Both the position numbers and the translations under genes were made by a program. The notes under the pieces were generated by a model that was given only the letters and a program-made list of their open reading frames with translations, ran no database searches and was not told where the DNA came from. A stretch of DNA of 64,000 nucleotides, from positions 186,001 through 250,000 of IMG/VR virus record IMGVR_UViG_3300034104_003795; one strand, 5' to 3'. Shown piece by piece: positions 29,201 through 38,099 of this stretch. The number at the start of each line of letters is the position of its first letter. Within the stretch, counting starts at the first letter, position 1.

Positions 29201-32200
29201 AAGATGAACTTATGTAAGGTATTACTTCATTCTTAATAAGTTCTTTATTATTAACTAATAAACTATACGCATCTTTAATTTGCGCCGATTGAGTTACAAA
29301 TAAAGTATTTAATACTATTTTTTGTGCTAAACGGCTTGCGTAGTTGATACCATCCAATGTTTGGTTTAATTGTGCACCCTGCGCTTGAGATGGGAATTGA
29401 TAATAATAAACACCATTGAATACCGATGCTGAATTTGCATTAAATAATAAGTCTTCAGCTGAACCACTCAATATAAATCCTAAGTCACGTTTACATTTAC
29501 TTTCATCGTAAGATGCAGTTGACCAAGAAGAACTTAAATATGCAATACTTTCCGATACTATGAAATCTAAATTATTTTTTAGAATAGTATAAGCCGCTAT
29601 TACATTTGAAGATGATATTGATGATGTATATAAAGTTACAATCGGTAATGAACCCGTTCCATTTGCTATTATATTTGTTACAATAGAAATTGATGCAGAT
29701 ATTGCATTAGCTTGCGTTTGTGTTGCCGGTGTTCCTCCTAAATATTGAGTAGCATCGGTTACTTTAATATTATTTACATTTGAAGTAATAGTAGGTAATG
29801 AACCAGTACCATTTTCTAATATGTTTATAATTGTATCAAAACTTGCAGATATATTTCTTGCCAACGAAGATGATATAATTACCGAAGATGTATATTGATT
29901 TGTATCTGTTATTTTTACTAACCCGTCAACATTTTTTATCAACGTAGGTAAAGAACCAGTTCCATTTTCAACAATATCCAAAACAATATTAAAATTATTA
30001 TTTGAAGATGTAAGATATGTGGATGATATTGATGCGGTTGTTATGTAACTATTTGTAGTAGTTCGTTTAATTAAAGAATTTACATTTGTTACAATAGTTG
30101 GAATTGAACCTGTGCCATTTTCTACAATATCAAGTACGATATCAAATCCAGTAGTTACTTTTGCCTTTTCAGAATTAGAAGGAGTTATTGATGATGTTAT
30201 TTGTGTACCACCAATAAAGTTTATACCTCTATTTGTATTTTTAACAATAGTTGTTGGTATTGAACCAGTTCCGTTTGATACGATATTAAGTATATTACCA
30301 AATGAAGCTGATACAATAGATTTATCGTTTGTTACTACTGATATAGATGATGTAATTTGTTGAGCGTTAGTTGCTTTAATTCCAGCAATAGTATTTAACA
30401 CCACATTAGGTGCTGTATTACTTCCACTTTCAATTACTTTAGATACAATATCAAAACCATCTTCTATTTCTTTTCCACCAATTGCTACTAATTTTGCTAA
30501 ACCTTTTGTGAAGTTTAGTGAATCAATTGTTTCTTCGGATTGAACACCGGTAGCTTGAGATGGATATAAATAATAGAATCGTCCAGCAGTTATACTTCTT
30601 TCATTACCACCATAAACCAAATCAGTAATTACAGCATCTACAATAAATCCAGCATCTCTATAACATTTACTTTCAATATAATCTAAATTAGGATATGTTT
30701 CGTTTGCGTAATCAACGGTATTTTGTTGTAAAAATGCTCTATTAGTTTTTAATAAACTTGCCGCATTTAATACTGATGTAGGTGGTGCCGATAAAACAAC
30801 ATTCGTAATTATATTTTGTACTAATTGATTTGCGTAATTTACTCCAGTTATAGTTGTGTCTAATTGTTGTGTTGCCGAAGGTACTCCACCTACAATTGCT
30901 GCTGATGGGTATCTATAATAGTATTCTCCTGCAAATCTAGTTCTTTCGTTACCACCATATACCAAGTCAGTTCTTACAGCATCTAAAATATATTTAGTAT
31001 CTCTTAAACATTTAGCCTGATTATATTCTGCGGTACTCCAAGATGAAGATACATAAGCTACAACTTCGTTTGCAATTAAGTTTTTATTTCTTAATATTAA
31101 ATTACTTGCATTTACTTTATTTCCATCCGCTGAAACAAATACCGAACCAGTAACAATCTTTTGTATCATTCTACCTGCATAGTTGATACCATCTAACGTT
31201 GGAAGTAATTGAGAACCCGTTGCTTCGGATGGATATAAATAATAGAATATACCAGCATTTCTACTTCTTTCGTTACCACCATAAACCAAGTCAGTTCTGA
31301 TTGCATCTATTATGTACCCAACATCTCTTTTACAAGTTAATTCATTATACGGATGTTCACTCCAAGATGAACTCAAATACGCAATTGTTTCATCCTGTAT
31401 GAATGTTTTATTGTTTACTAACAATGATGCCGCATTTAAAGAGTTAGCACTTACCGTAGTGAATTCTATATTTTGAATTACTTTTTGTGCTAAACGGCTT
31501 GCGTAGTTGATACCATCCAATGTTTGTTGTAGTTGAGCTCCTTGTGCTTGCGATGGATATTCCCAATAAAATAATCCGTTAAATATAGATGCTGAATTTG
31601 CGTTCCATATTAAATCTTCCGCAGAACCACTCAATATAAATCCTAAATCACGTTTACATTTAGTTTCATCATATTCAAACCCAGCCCAAGAAGAACTTAA
31701 ATATGCAATAGTTTCATTTTGAATAAATGGAATATTGTTTTTAAGTATCTCATATACAGCTACACTATTAGATGATGTTATTCTATTTGTATATGGTTGG
31801 AATGTAGGTGCTGAAAACTCTCCACCTTCAATTATCTTTGTTACTATTGATATTGATGCTGATATAAAGTTTACATCGTTTACACTTGCCGAATAAGATG
31901 CTGAAATGTATTGTGGTGTATTTGTTACTTTAATACTTGCACTTACATTTGATATAAGAGTAGGTACAAAAGATAACCCACCTTCTAATATATCGGTGAT
32001 TACTTTTATTGAAGAACTTAATTGTGTACTTTCAGTAGATGTTCCATAATAACCAGAACCAGTTATGTATTGTGGTGTATTGGTTACTTTTATATTTGAG
32101 TTTAGATTTGAAACTAATGTACCTAATGAACCAGTACCATTTGTTATTATAGTTGCTACATATGCAATTGATTCGGATATTGAATTTCCAACAGAACCAC

Positions 32201-35200
32201 TAACTGCCAATGAAGCAGTTATTTGTGGTGTACCAGTTACGGCAATTGCATTTGCTTGAGACGATGTGAATAAAGGCTCTGCTGCTAATCCACCACCAAT
32301 AATCGTATTTACAATATCAAAACTCTTACCAATTTTATCCACTTCATCTGGTGTTGTATAAGATGAAGTTATTTGAGAACCGGTAGTTACATTTATTGGA
32401 TTGTATTTATTCCAATTTAATCCAGTATTCTGTGCCAATAATGATTTAATTGAACCCAATCCTCTTGCCACAATTCCTTCTATAATTGAAAATGAATTAC
32501 CAACCGAAGTTTGTTCAATAGTACCACCACCAAAAGATGATGTTATATTTGTTAGTCCGGATAATCTAAAGTTTCTCTCATCATTATAAACAATACGAGG
32601 TGTATCTAATATTTGATTTTGAACAATAGTATCTCCAATAATTTTTGCATATCGAATACCCGCAATAGTTGATGATTTTTGTGTTCTCGTAGCCTGTGAT
32701 GGGAAATCGTAATAATATCTACCCGCAATCACACCTCTTTCAAGACCACCATAAAGTAAATCAGTTGCCACATTATCAACAATATAACCAACATCTCTCC
32801 TACAAGTTGCTTGATTATATTTTAAATTTGGAAATGCAACATTAATAAATTGAATTGTTTCGTTTTGAATTAATTCTTTATTATTTATCAGATTATTATA
32901 TGCAGATAAAGTTGATGCATTAGGTGATGTAAATGTTTTTCCTTTTAATAGATTATCAACTAATCCACTAGCATATCTTATACCATCCACCGTTTGTCCT
33001 AATTGCCCAACACCATCTCCATCTCCTTGTACAATTGCCAATGAAGGATATAAATAATAGTATTCACCGGCAGTTATACCTCTTTCATTACCACCATATT
33101 TTACATCAGTTGCTACCGCATCTAATATATAACCAGTATCACGTCTACACTTTACTTCGTTGTAATAAAAATTAGACCAAGATGATGATAGATAAGTTAT
33201 AACTTCATTTTGTATAAATGTTCTATTATCCCTGATTGTATCCCAAACATCCACTACTTCATTGTTTGGTTCTACATATACCCTACCTCTAATCAAATTT
33301 AATGCAACACCCGCTGCGTGCTTAACTGCAGTTAATGTTGGTCCTAATTGTGTTGTAGTTGCTTCGGATGGAAATTGATAATAGAATAAACCATTTCTAA
33401 TACTTTCTTCATTACCCCCAAAAAGTAGGTCTTTTGCTACACCATCAATAATATATCCAACATCTCTTTTACAAGTTTCTTCTGGATAGTAAAATTCACT
33501 CCAAGAAGAAGATACAAATTGAATAACTTCATCTTTAATAAATTCTTTATTATTTACTAATATTTCGTATGCAGTTATGATATCAATAGCAGTTTTAGCT
33601 ATTGAACCACTTTGTATTGTGGCTGGATATGTTAATGTATTTCTAATTAATTCAAATGGGGTTGTAGATGAATTTACTATGTTAATTTCACCACCCATAG
33701 AACTTCTATTCTGTGATACATAATATAATTTATTTGGTGCATTATATGGTACTGTAAAGGTTATTGTACCTCTACTATCACCATTATTAACCATGCCAAT
33801 ATTATAATCAAATTTCTCACTAATACCTTCTATTTGTTGTGTTCTAATCCAAAATGGATATTCAATTCCACCAAATGTTTCTATTGCATCTACATTGAAT
33901 TTGTAGGTTTCTCCTCTAAATAAAGTTAATGTAGGATTACTACCAATTCCTTCAAAATCAAATGAAGAACTATTTGTATTTGTTATTACAAATGATTTTT
34001 GGTGATTCTCTGGTATTGGTAAAATATTACTACCAGTACCATTTGCTAAAATGTTATAAACAATACTGAAACTGGCACTTACCGAATTTATTGTTGCTAA
34101 TGATGATGTCACACCAAGCATTACTTGTTCGGTATTACCAGCTTTAATACTAGCACTTGTATTTGAGATAAACGTTGGTTTAGCAGAAAGGCCTGATTTA
34201 ATAATATTAATTATATTGTTAAACGATGCACTTACCGATGAAGTATAGTTTGTTGCTACACTCCCTATTGGTTGTATAACATCATTACCTATTTGTCTAC
34301 TTGCACTTGTGTTTGGTCTAAAATTAAACGAACCCGTACCATTTGCCAATATACTCAAAATAGCGGCATAAGATGCACTTATTTGAACTAAATCCGCATT
34401 TGATGCCGATATAGATGATGTTATTTGCTCTGCTCCTAAAATATTATAAGGAGAATCAAATCCATATCCTTTTATAGAACTCTTTGCCAATAAAGTTGGA
34501 AAGTTTGATACCCCACTATCAACAATTGCACTTATTAATTTATAATCAGCCGATATTTCTTCCGCCGCAGCAGTTGATAATGAAGTTCCAGCAGATACTC
34601 TACTTTGTGTATATAATGCCGGAGAAGTTAAACGAATACCTTCATCGGTATTTAATTTTGTTATTGTAGGTAATCCGTTTTCCAATCCTTTATTTAATAC
34701 ATCTACAACACAACTCCAAGTTCCTCTAACAGAATCTCTAGCAGCAATATTACCACCACTACCAGAAATAAAACGAGAACCGGATGCATACATACCATAC
34801 AAACCAAACGAAATGTTTGAGTTGTTTAGGGTAGCATGTCCACCATTATTTACTCTAATAGAATAATATGAGAAGTTATTAAAGAAAGATACCAACTGAA
34901 TGAAACCTCTACCATTTACCAAACATCCTACACCATTTGGAGAAATCTGCGTATAAGCATCCAATACCATTGAAGCTAGTGGAGAATCTGGATCAATTAC
35001 ATCACCATTAACATAAAGACCTCCGCCGCCTGGTGGAATATCCTCATAAAGTTCGGTGAATGAATTTTCTTGGTTTGAAATTTGTGAACAGTTCTGAACA
35101 TATGGAGAAGTTGTAATAAATGCTCCAGGTTGAAACGCCACCGCAAATCCTTTTTCAGGATTTATTTGGTCTGGAAATAATCTCAAACCACCCATCGTTA

Positions 35201-35843
35201 CCTCTGCAATATAACATCCAGAGTTTACATAGAAAAGGTCTTCTGTGGGGTTTTTCGCGTTAATCTTGGTGATACGCAAACCGGCACCCCAAATGGTTGT
35301 GTTTTTAGGAAGAATCACAGGATTATCCTCTAAATACGTTCCAGCCTGTACCTTGATTACATATCCATTGAATATTGAACCAGTATCAAATCCATATCTA
35401 CCATCATACCCCGGAGATGCCAATGAAGCCGCTCTTTTAATTGTACGAAGTGGATATTGAATACTTCTACCATCGTTTGTATCATCACCATCGGTAGAAG
35501 ATACATAAAGAGTTGGAACGTTAGCACCAAAATCTTTTGCAAGAATACCAGCATATCGTTGAGTATCAACTGCCAATAAAGTGTTCGATGCGGTAACCGC
35601 AAGAACAGTTTCAGGTGCCGCAACTTTTAATTGTCCATCAATTGTTAATGAGCCAGTTAAAAAAACCGAACCAGTTATTTCACTTTTAGAACCCGTTTCT
35701 GTTCCTAAAAAGAAACTTTTAGATACGAATAATGAGCCAGATATAATGGCATCGTTTCCAACATTAACGTTTTGTCTAATGTTAAGTGAACTACTTATAT
35801 CCTGTTGTTCTTCAATTTGTTTACGTGGTATCAGTCTTGCCAT
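23289..35843 (-). CDS. Giant virion structural protein (4184 aa): pectin-lyase-like beta-helix split by 22 CxRD globin-like repeats and 22 amphipathic-helix repeats
   Basis: ORF track. N-terminal LYVSSTDGDDTNDG...IKRAA...IKVQAGTYLEDNP...GAGLR...SPYVQNCS; C-terminal GGRIFFTSGNQDGDFRIGTGLSINQATGTLVGRTFSKSLF as in T4-like aquatic phage structural proteins. Confidence 0.85.
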   Translation of the reverse strand: MARLIPRKQIEEQQDISSSLNIRQNVNVGNDAIISGSLFVSKSFFLGTETGSKSEITGSVFLTGSLTIDGQLKVAAPETVLAVTASNTLLAVDTQRYAGILAKDFGANVPTLYVSSTDGDDTNDGRSIQYPLRTIKRAASLASPGYDGRYGFDTGSIFNGYVIKVQAGTYLEDNPVILPKNTTIWGAGLRITKINAKNPTEDLFYVNSGCYIAEVTMGGLRLFPDQINPEKGFAVAFQPGAFITTSPYVQNCSQISNQENSFTELYEDIPPGGGGLYVNGDVIDPDSPLASMVLDAYTQISPNGVGCLVNGRGFIQLVSFFNNFSYYSIRVNNGGHATLNNSNISFGLYGMYASGSRFISGSGGNIAARDSVRGTWSCVVDVLNKGLENGLPTITKLNTDEGIRLTSPALYTQSRVSAGTSLSTAAAEEISADYKLISAIVDSGVSNFPTLLAKSSIKGYGFDSPYNILGAEQITSSISASNADLVQISASYAAILSILANGTGSFNFRPNTSASRQIGNDVIQPIGSVATNYTSSVSASFNNIINIIKSGLSAKPTFISNTSASIKAGNTEQVMLGVTSSLATINSVSASFSIVYNILANGTGSNILPIPENHQKSFVITNTNSSSFDFEGIGSNPTLTLFRGETYKFNVDAIETFGGIEYPFWIRTQQIEGISEKFDYNIGMVNNGDSRGTITFTVPYNAPNKLYYVSQNRSSMGGEINIVNSSTTPFELIRNTLTYPATIQSGSIAKTAIDIITAYEILVNNKEFIKDEVIQFVSSSWSEFYYPEETCKRDVGYIIDGVAKDLLFGGNEESIRNGLFYYQFPSEATTTQLGPTLTAVKHAAGVALNLIRGRVYVEPNNEVVDVWDTIRDNRTFIQNEVITYLSSSWSNFYYNEVKCRRDTGYILDAVATDVKYGGNERGITAGEYYYLYPSLAIVQGDGDGVGQLGQTVDGIRYASGLVDNLLKGKTFTSPNASTLSAYNNLINNKELIQNETIQFINVAFPNLKYNQATCRRDVGYIVDNVATDLLYGGLERGVIAGRYYYDFPSQATRTQKSSTIAGIRYAKIIGDTIVQNQILDTPRIVYNDERNFRLSGLTNITSSFGGGTIEQTSVGNSFSIIEGIVARGLGSIKSLLAQNTGLNWNKYNPINVTTGSQITSSYTTPDEVDKIGKSFDIVNTIIGGGLAAEPLFTSSQANAIAVTGTPQITASLAVSGSVGNSISESIAYVATIITNGTGSLGTLVSNLNSNIKVTNTPQYITGSGYYGTSTESTQLSSSIKVITDILEGGLSFVPTLISNVSASIKVTNTPQYISASYSASVNDVNFISASISIVTKIIEGGEFSAPTFQPYTNRITSSNSVAVYEILKNNIPFIQNETIAYLSSSWAGFEYDETKCKRDLGFILSGSAEDLIWNANSASIFNGLFYWEYPSQAQGAQLQQTLDGINYASRLAQKVIQNIEFTTVSANSLNAASLLVNNKTFIQDETIAYLSSSWSEHPYNELTCKRDVGYIIDAIRTDLVYGGNERSRNAGIFYYLYPSEATGSQLLPTLDGINYAGRMIQKIVTGSVFVSADGNKVNASNLILRNKNLIANEVVAYVSSSWSTAEYNQAKCLRDTKYILDAVRTDLVYGGNERTRFAGEYYYRYPSAAIVGGVPSATQQLDTTITGVNYANQLVQNIITNVVLSAPPTSVLNAASLLKTNRAFLQQNTVDYANETYPNLDYIESKCYRDAGFIVDAVITDLVYGGNERSITAGRFYYLYPSQATGVQSEETIDSLNFTKGLAKLVAIGGKEIEDGFDIVSKVIESGSNTAPNVVLNTIAGIKATNAQQITSSISVVTNDKSIVSASFGNILNIVSNGTGSIPTTIVKNTNRGINFIGGTQITSSITPSNSEKAKVTTGFDIVLDIVENGTGSIPTIVTNVNSLIKRTTTNSYITTASISSTYLTSSNNNFNIVLDIVENGTGSLPTLIKNVDGLVKITDTNQYTSSVIISSSLARNISASFDTIINILENGTGSLPTITSNVNNIKVTDATQYLGGTPATQTQANAISASISIVTNIIANGTGSLPIVTLYTSSISSSNVIAAYTILKNNLDFIVSESIAYLSSSWSTASYDESKCKRDLGFILSGSAEDLLFNANSASVFNGVYYYQFPSQAQGAQLNQTLDGINYASRLAQKIVLNTLFVTQSAQIKDAYSLLVNNKELIKNEVIPYISSSWSTHQYVESTCKRDIVHIIDAVSTDLLYGGNERTINAGVFYYKYPSEATGSQIQETVTGIEYARDIAFKILRGNTFTKVSQNKLQAKELIYNNREFIQNEVISYVSASWSTTSYNELTCKRDVGHILDAVTTDIVYGGNQRSINAGVFYYEYPSQATTSQLGATLSGIKHAKGLTDKILKNSTFASASNSNLSAYELIFNNKSFIQDETIAYLSSSWSTFPYNQTTCKRDIGYILDAVATDILYGGNERVAEAGEYYYLYPSLATVGNDGDTGGQLNQTLDGIKYAKGITEKIVANILLQSPTTSELTGFNLLTDNKKFIQSESIAYLSSSWSGDDGFSYNETTCKRDIGYIIDAVRTDLLYGGNERSSKAGEYYYLYPSAAILTGSISPTTETQKGPTLDGIQYVAGTAQNVISNKVLIAPTGFVTSSVNLLRQNKRFIQNETVQYIDAFFPNLVYLREKCRRDVGYILDAVITDTFYGGNQRSVIAGQYYYLYPSLATKSTQVRETVEGVEYAKVLAKAIAQNIKLNSPALTTNTDGNIKVTDTTQYTTPLSASINEVNQISSSFALVTNIIENGLSTIPTIVENGNGLIKITNTTQYSSSISASGAELDIITSSFKHVADIIENGVAFVPDSLARNYNYGFELSTPTLLHISSQEQIIGTGSYDLAIQITNVSSSYGTVVDVLKNGVSVLPTLVASTSSSLKVTNANPIRQDISASSFDTNKIASGFDLILNVIENGTSVLPTIVSNTSASIKVTDTPQLISGSAAGRLQGKLISASLSLVIDVLLNNGTSSIAYRPSTFPIANTNAKINSAYNLLVSNSKFIVDETIAYMSSSWSGFEYTQSKCERDLTGILSGSAFDLLYGGNSASLFNGKFYFDFPSQATGSQLDQTITAIKYASGLAEKVVLNIPFTHISASINQPTSASWNSLRANKGFIQSESIAYLSSSWGDFDYNEITCKRDIGYIIDAVATDLLYGGNERSVVAGRYYYDFPSQATDSQLEPTLTGVRYAKGTAMNVVVNKEIFTSSLEVQYTYDLIKANKRFIQSESIAFVNVKYPNLDYSESKCYRDLGYIIDGVATDLLYGGNERSRKNADYYYEFPSQANGSGSQVVETVEAIKYAARITTASISSILIGTPSVIPNTLANIKVTNAQQFITSSLFGTITEANAISASISIVTDIVRNGTGSLPTLIPYTTASVDTNVIYAYNLLKANIGFIVSESIAYLSSSWSTASYDESKCRRDLGFILSGSAEDLLFNANSASIFNGVFYYLYPSQAQGAQLNQTLDGINYASRLAQNIVQNVTYVTASANVSASYELIRNNREFIQNETIAYISSSWSTASYDEVTCKRDVGHIIDAVSTDLLYGGNERSTNAGVFYYLYPSQAQGSQLQPTLTGVNYAGQTSKNVATSLTYVTASQIISASVNLLRNNREFIQNETLAYLTASWSTFEYDKDKCKRDVGYILDGVTTDLLYGGNERTVLNGEFYYLYPSLAIVEGDGDGLGQLGQTVDGINYASRLAQKVAQNIVFVTASLEASASFDLLRKNKAFVAEETIKYVSSSWSSVYYNETTCKRDVGYLIDAAATDVLYGGQERSLIAGQYYYLYPSNAINAGVPSTKNQLDPTLTGIRYAGKVSKKVITNPTYLVPSASLLTTAKLLTDNKELIQKETITFLSSSWSNLKYNEVSCSRDLGFIIDAIRTDLVYGGNERSIEAGSYYYKFPSVAIVDSYGDNNGQKKQTVDGINFARGLSEKIVANTLLSYLAPSTKRRQAAERLKLGKEELKQRAIGYTNGAFPYLVYNEASCSRDTGFIVDACVTDLLYGGNERGIRAASSYYDGQYGSAIAVTRDQLLETLETNRYLRTRAEFIAAGAPLEAFGSLIVATGIDYSYNGSGVTFKALPPNQGGSGVANPAFEITELGGGRIFFTSGNQDGDFRIGTGLSINQATGTLVGRTFSKSLFSLVTPFSLALQI
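23600..33590 (-). repeat. 22 copies (5 blocks: 3,4,6,3,6) of a 90-100-aa helical repeat N(K/R).FI..E...Y....W...Y....C.RD.GYI.DAV..DL.YGGN.RS..AG.YYY.YPS.A....Q...T..GI.YA
   Basis: Counted on the CxRD motif in the translation. Confidence 0.9.
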
Positions 35844-36229
35844 TATAGTATATCAGATATTTTACCTTTTATTTCAAAATCAGTTGCCACAACGGAAGCA
35901 GGAGCTAATGTTATAGGAACAATAAATGTAACCTCTATATTATTTTCATCTACACGAATTTCATATCTATCTTGAGGTTGTTTTACTCCAAATAAATATA
36001 CATCAATATAATCTTTCACACTATCTATTTCCAAAATATCTATATTAAACTTTTTATCTAAAAGATATAATGTAAATAGTTGTCCACTTTCATCTAAATT
36101 TATATAATCTGGACTAAATGAATATATGAATGTATCAATATTAACATCTAAAACAAATTGTTTAAATGCCAATCTATCTCTTTTTTGAAGAATATTTGAT
36201 TTGTTGATATTTGGTACTTTTCTCGCCAT
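35843..36229 (-). CDS. Hypothetical virion protein (128 aa)
   Basis: ORF track; TAATG coupling on both sides; DVYLFGVKQ...YEI...IEVTF domain paralogous to its neighbours. Confidence 0.75.
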   Translation of the reverse strand: MARKVPNINKSNILQKRDRLAFKQFVLDVNIDTFIYSFSPDYINLDESGQLFTLYLLDKKFNIDILEIDSVKDYIDVYLFGVKQPQDRYEIRVDENNIEVTFIVPITLAPASVVATDFEIKGKISDIL

Positions 36230-36585
36230 TATTTAATAATTTCTACATCACCGGTTATTTTTACTTCATCCGATTCAATTAAAGCATATGGATTTCCAAA
36301 ACGGTCAAATTCTGGAAACTGACTTCTAATGAATTTTAAAAATAATCCATTTCCCTCTGGTTCTAAAATATAATCCGCTTCTCTAATAAATAAACCATTT
36401 ATAAAAATATCATATCTCGCGGTTGATTTTCTAAACTTGGTAAGTGGTTCATATAAAGTTTTAATTCTAACATTATCAAGTTTATAAATCCAATAGTAAG
36501 GATGTGACAAATCATATGAAAAAAATTCATATTCATTTGGCTCATTCACTTCTTTCATTATATTTTTTAATAATTTTATGTTCAT
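36229..36585 (-). CDS. Hypothetical virion protein (118 aa)
   Basis: ORF track; ATGA and TAATG overlaps; DIFINGLFI...YIL...LFLKF domain. Confidence 0.75.
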   Translation of the reverse strand: MNIKLLKNIMKEVNEPNEYEFFSYDLSHPYYWIYKLDNVRIKTLYEPLTKFRKSTARYDIFINGLFIREADYILEPEGNGLFLKFIRSQFPEFDRFGNPYALIESDEVKITGDVEIIK

Positions 36586-37640
36586 AGCTCTTGGAATTTA
36601 CCAGTTATTAAAATTTCATCGGCAACTTCTATTGGATATGCTAACGTAAATGTAAATGTAATTTCTTTAGTATTACCATCATAAGAATATGTGTAATATG
36701 TTGGAGATATAAAATCACCATTTAGATAAACTCTAAACCAATTGACAATATCAAATACACCAATCAACTCATTTGGTAAAACTGGTTGTTTTACATTTAT
36801 CAATTTAGCAGTTGTAGAATTAACAAACACAGCTTGTTGATGACCTCTTATTGCAATAAAATTTACAACATCTGCATATTCTTGATACACATTTAATCCT
36901 GCAAATTTTCCACCAGAAAGGTCTGTTTCAACTCCCCAAACAACTCTTTTTGGACTAAATGATTTATTCATAGTTGGTTTGTTATCAACAATTTCAGGTA
37001 AAAGATATGCGTTTACAGTTGTAGTAAATGAAGTTCTAATAACTCTTTCAGCTCCTTGTGCAACTTCTTGTGAAGTTTCAAAAGAACTAATTGAACTTTT
37101 AAATTTAAAACCATCTTCCATTCCCCAATATCTTTCACTTTGATTTTGAAATGCTTCAACCAACACGTTCATATGTTCAGTAAAGGATGTCCAAATTACC
37201 ATTTCATATTGTATAGTTACATATGATGGAATTGATACACTATAAATTTCATAAACAGGTTGAGCACCGGTCATTATTGAAAATCTATCATACCTATTTT
37301 TTGCAGAATATTTTTTAGCATATTGTATTGTTCCCGCCTCTTTGAAAACTGGCATAGATTCATTCTTTTGAATACTACTTCTTCTGAACATTATCATTGG
37401 GATTTGAATTCTGCCTCTCGCATCTCTTAAATACCCCTGCTTTCTTGCTCCTTCCCATCTTTCCGCATTACCATAAATTAAAGGAACTTTTAACAAATTT
37501 CCATTTTCTTCCAAATTTGGAATAATAACTTTAGACATATAATCAGCTATTGCAGAATCAACATCTATAATCTTAACTCCTTTTTGGAATTGTTTATCTA
37601 TTGATAATTGTTTGGCCCTATTTGTTTCTCTTTTTTCCAT
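36582..37640 (-). CDS. gp15: Tail completion / sheath stabiliser, T4 gp15-like, with a C-terminal extra domain
   Basis: KVPLIYGNAERW...GRIQIPMIMFRRSSI...PSYVTIQYEMVIWTSFTEHMNVLVE; follows gp13- and gp14-like genes. Confidence 0.78.
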   Translation of the reverse strand: MEKRETNRAKQLSIDKQFQKGVKIIDVDSAIADYMSKVIIPNLEENGNLLKVPLIYGNAERWEGARKQGYLRDARGRIQIPMIMFRRSSIQKNESMPVFKEAGTIQYAKKYSAKNRYDRFSIMTGAQPVYEIYSVSIPSYVTIQYEMVIWTSFTEHMNVLVEAFQNQSERYWGMEDGFKFKSSISSFETSQEVAQGAERVIRTSFTTTVNAYLLPEIVDNKPTMNKSFSPKRVVWGVETDLSGGKFAGLNVYQEYADVVNFIAIRGHQQAVFVNSTTAKLINVKQPVLPNELIGVFDIVNWFRVYLNGDFISPTYYTYSYDGNTKEITFTFTLAYPIEVADEILITGKFQEL

Positions 37641-38095
37641 TATACAGTTCTCATTTCAGTTTGGATATTACTTCTTCTGCTCATAAACGTAGAACAAATA
37701 ATTGAAAATTTATTATCAACTTGTCCACCAATTAATTGGTCTTCTCTAACATTATCAATTTCAAAATATCCATTATTATGAAAAATAATATCACCAACTT
37801 CAGGATAAAATCCTTTATCTTCTAACGTAAATCGGTTAAAACGAAATTCTACCAATTGATTTTTATCTGGCCCGAATCCTTCATACTCGGTAGTTGCACT
37901 TTCTCTTTCAATCATAGCAGTACACTCTAATCCTTGATAGTATGTTTTATTTAAAGATTCTCCGTATAAATTAGTTTTACTATCTTCTATGATTAGTTTA
38001 TATAAAACCACACTAGTTTCAACAACAACATCAACCAATTCTCTGGCTATGCTCTCAAAGAACCTTATATCTCTTGATAATGCAAATCTCGCCAT
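37640..38095 (-). CDS. Neck / head-closure protein, gp14-like
   Basis: NLYGES...EGFG...VEFRFNR...YPEVGDIIFHNNGYFEIDNV; position between gp13-like and gp15-like genes. Confidence 0.68.
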   Translation of the reverse strand: MARFALSRDIRFFESIARELVDVVVETSVVLYKLIIEDSKTNLYGESLNKTYYQGLECTAMIERESATTEYEGFGPDKNQLVEFRFNRFTLEDKGFYPEVGDIIFHNNGYFEIDNVREDQLIGGQVDNKFSIICSTFMSRRSNIQTEMRTV

Positions 38096-38099
38096 AATA

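Noticed and set aside
23289-35843. Tape-measure call for the 4184-aa helical protein
   Set aside because: It has beta-helix termini, Cys-bearing globular repeats and a cupredoxin-like insert; no tail tube, sheath or chaperone context.
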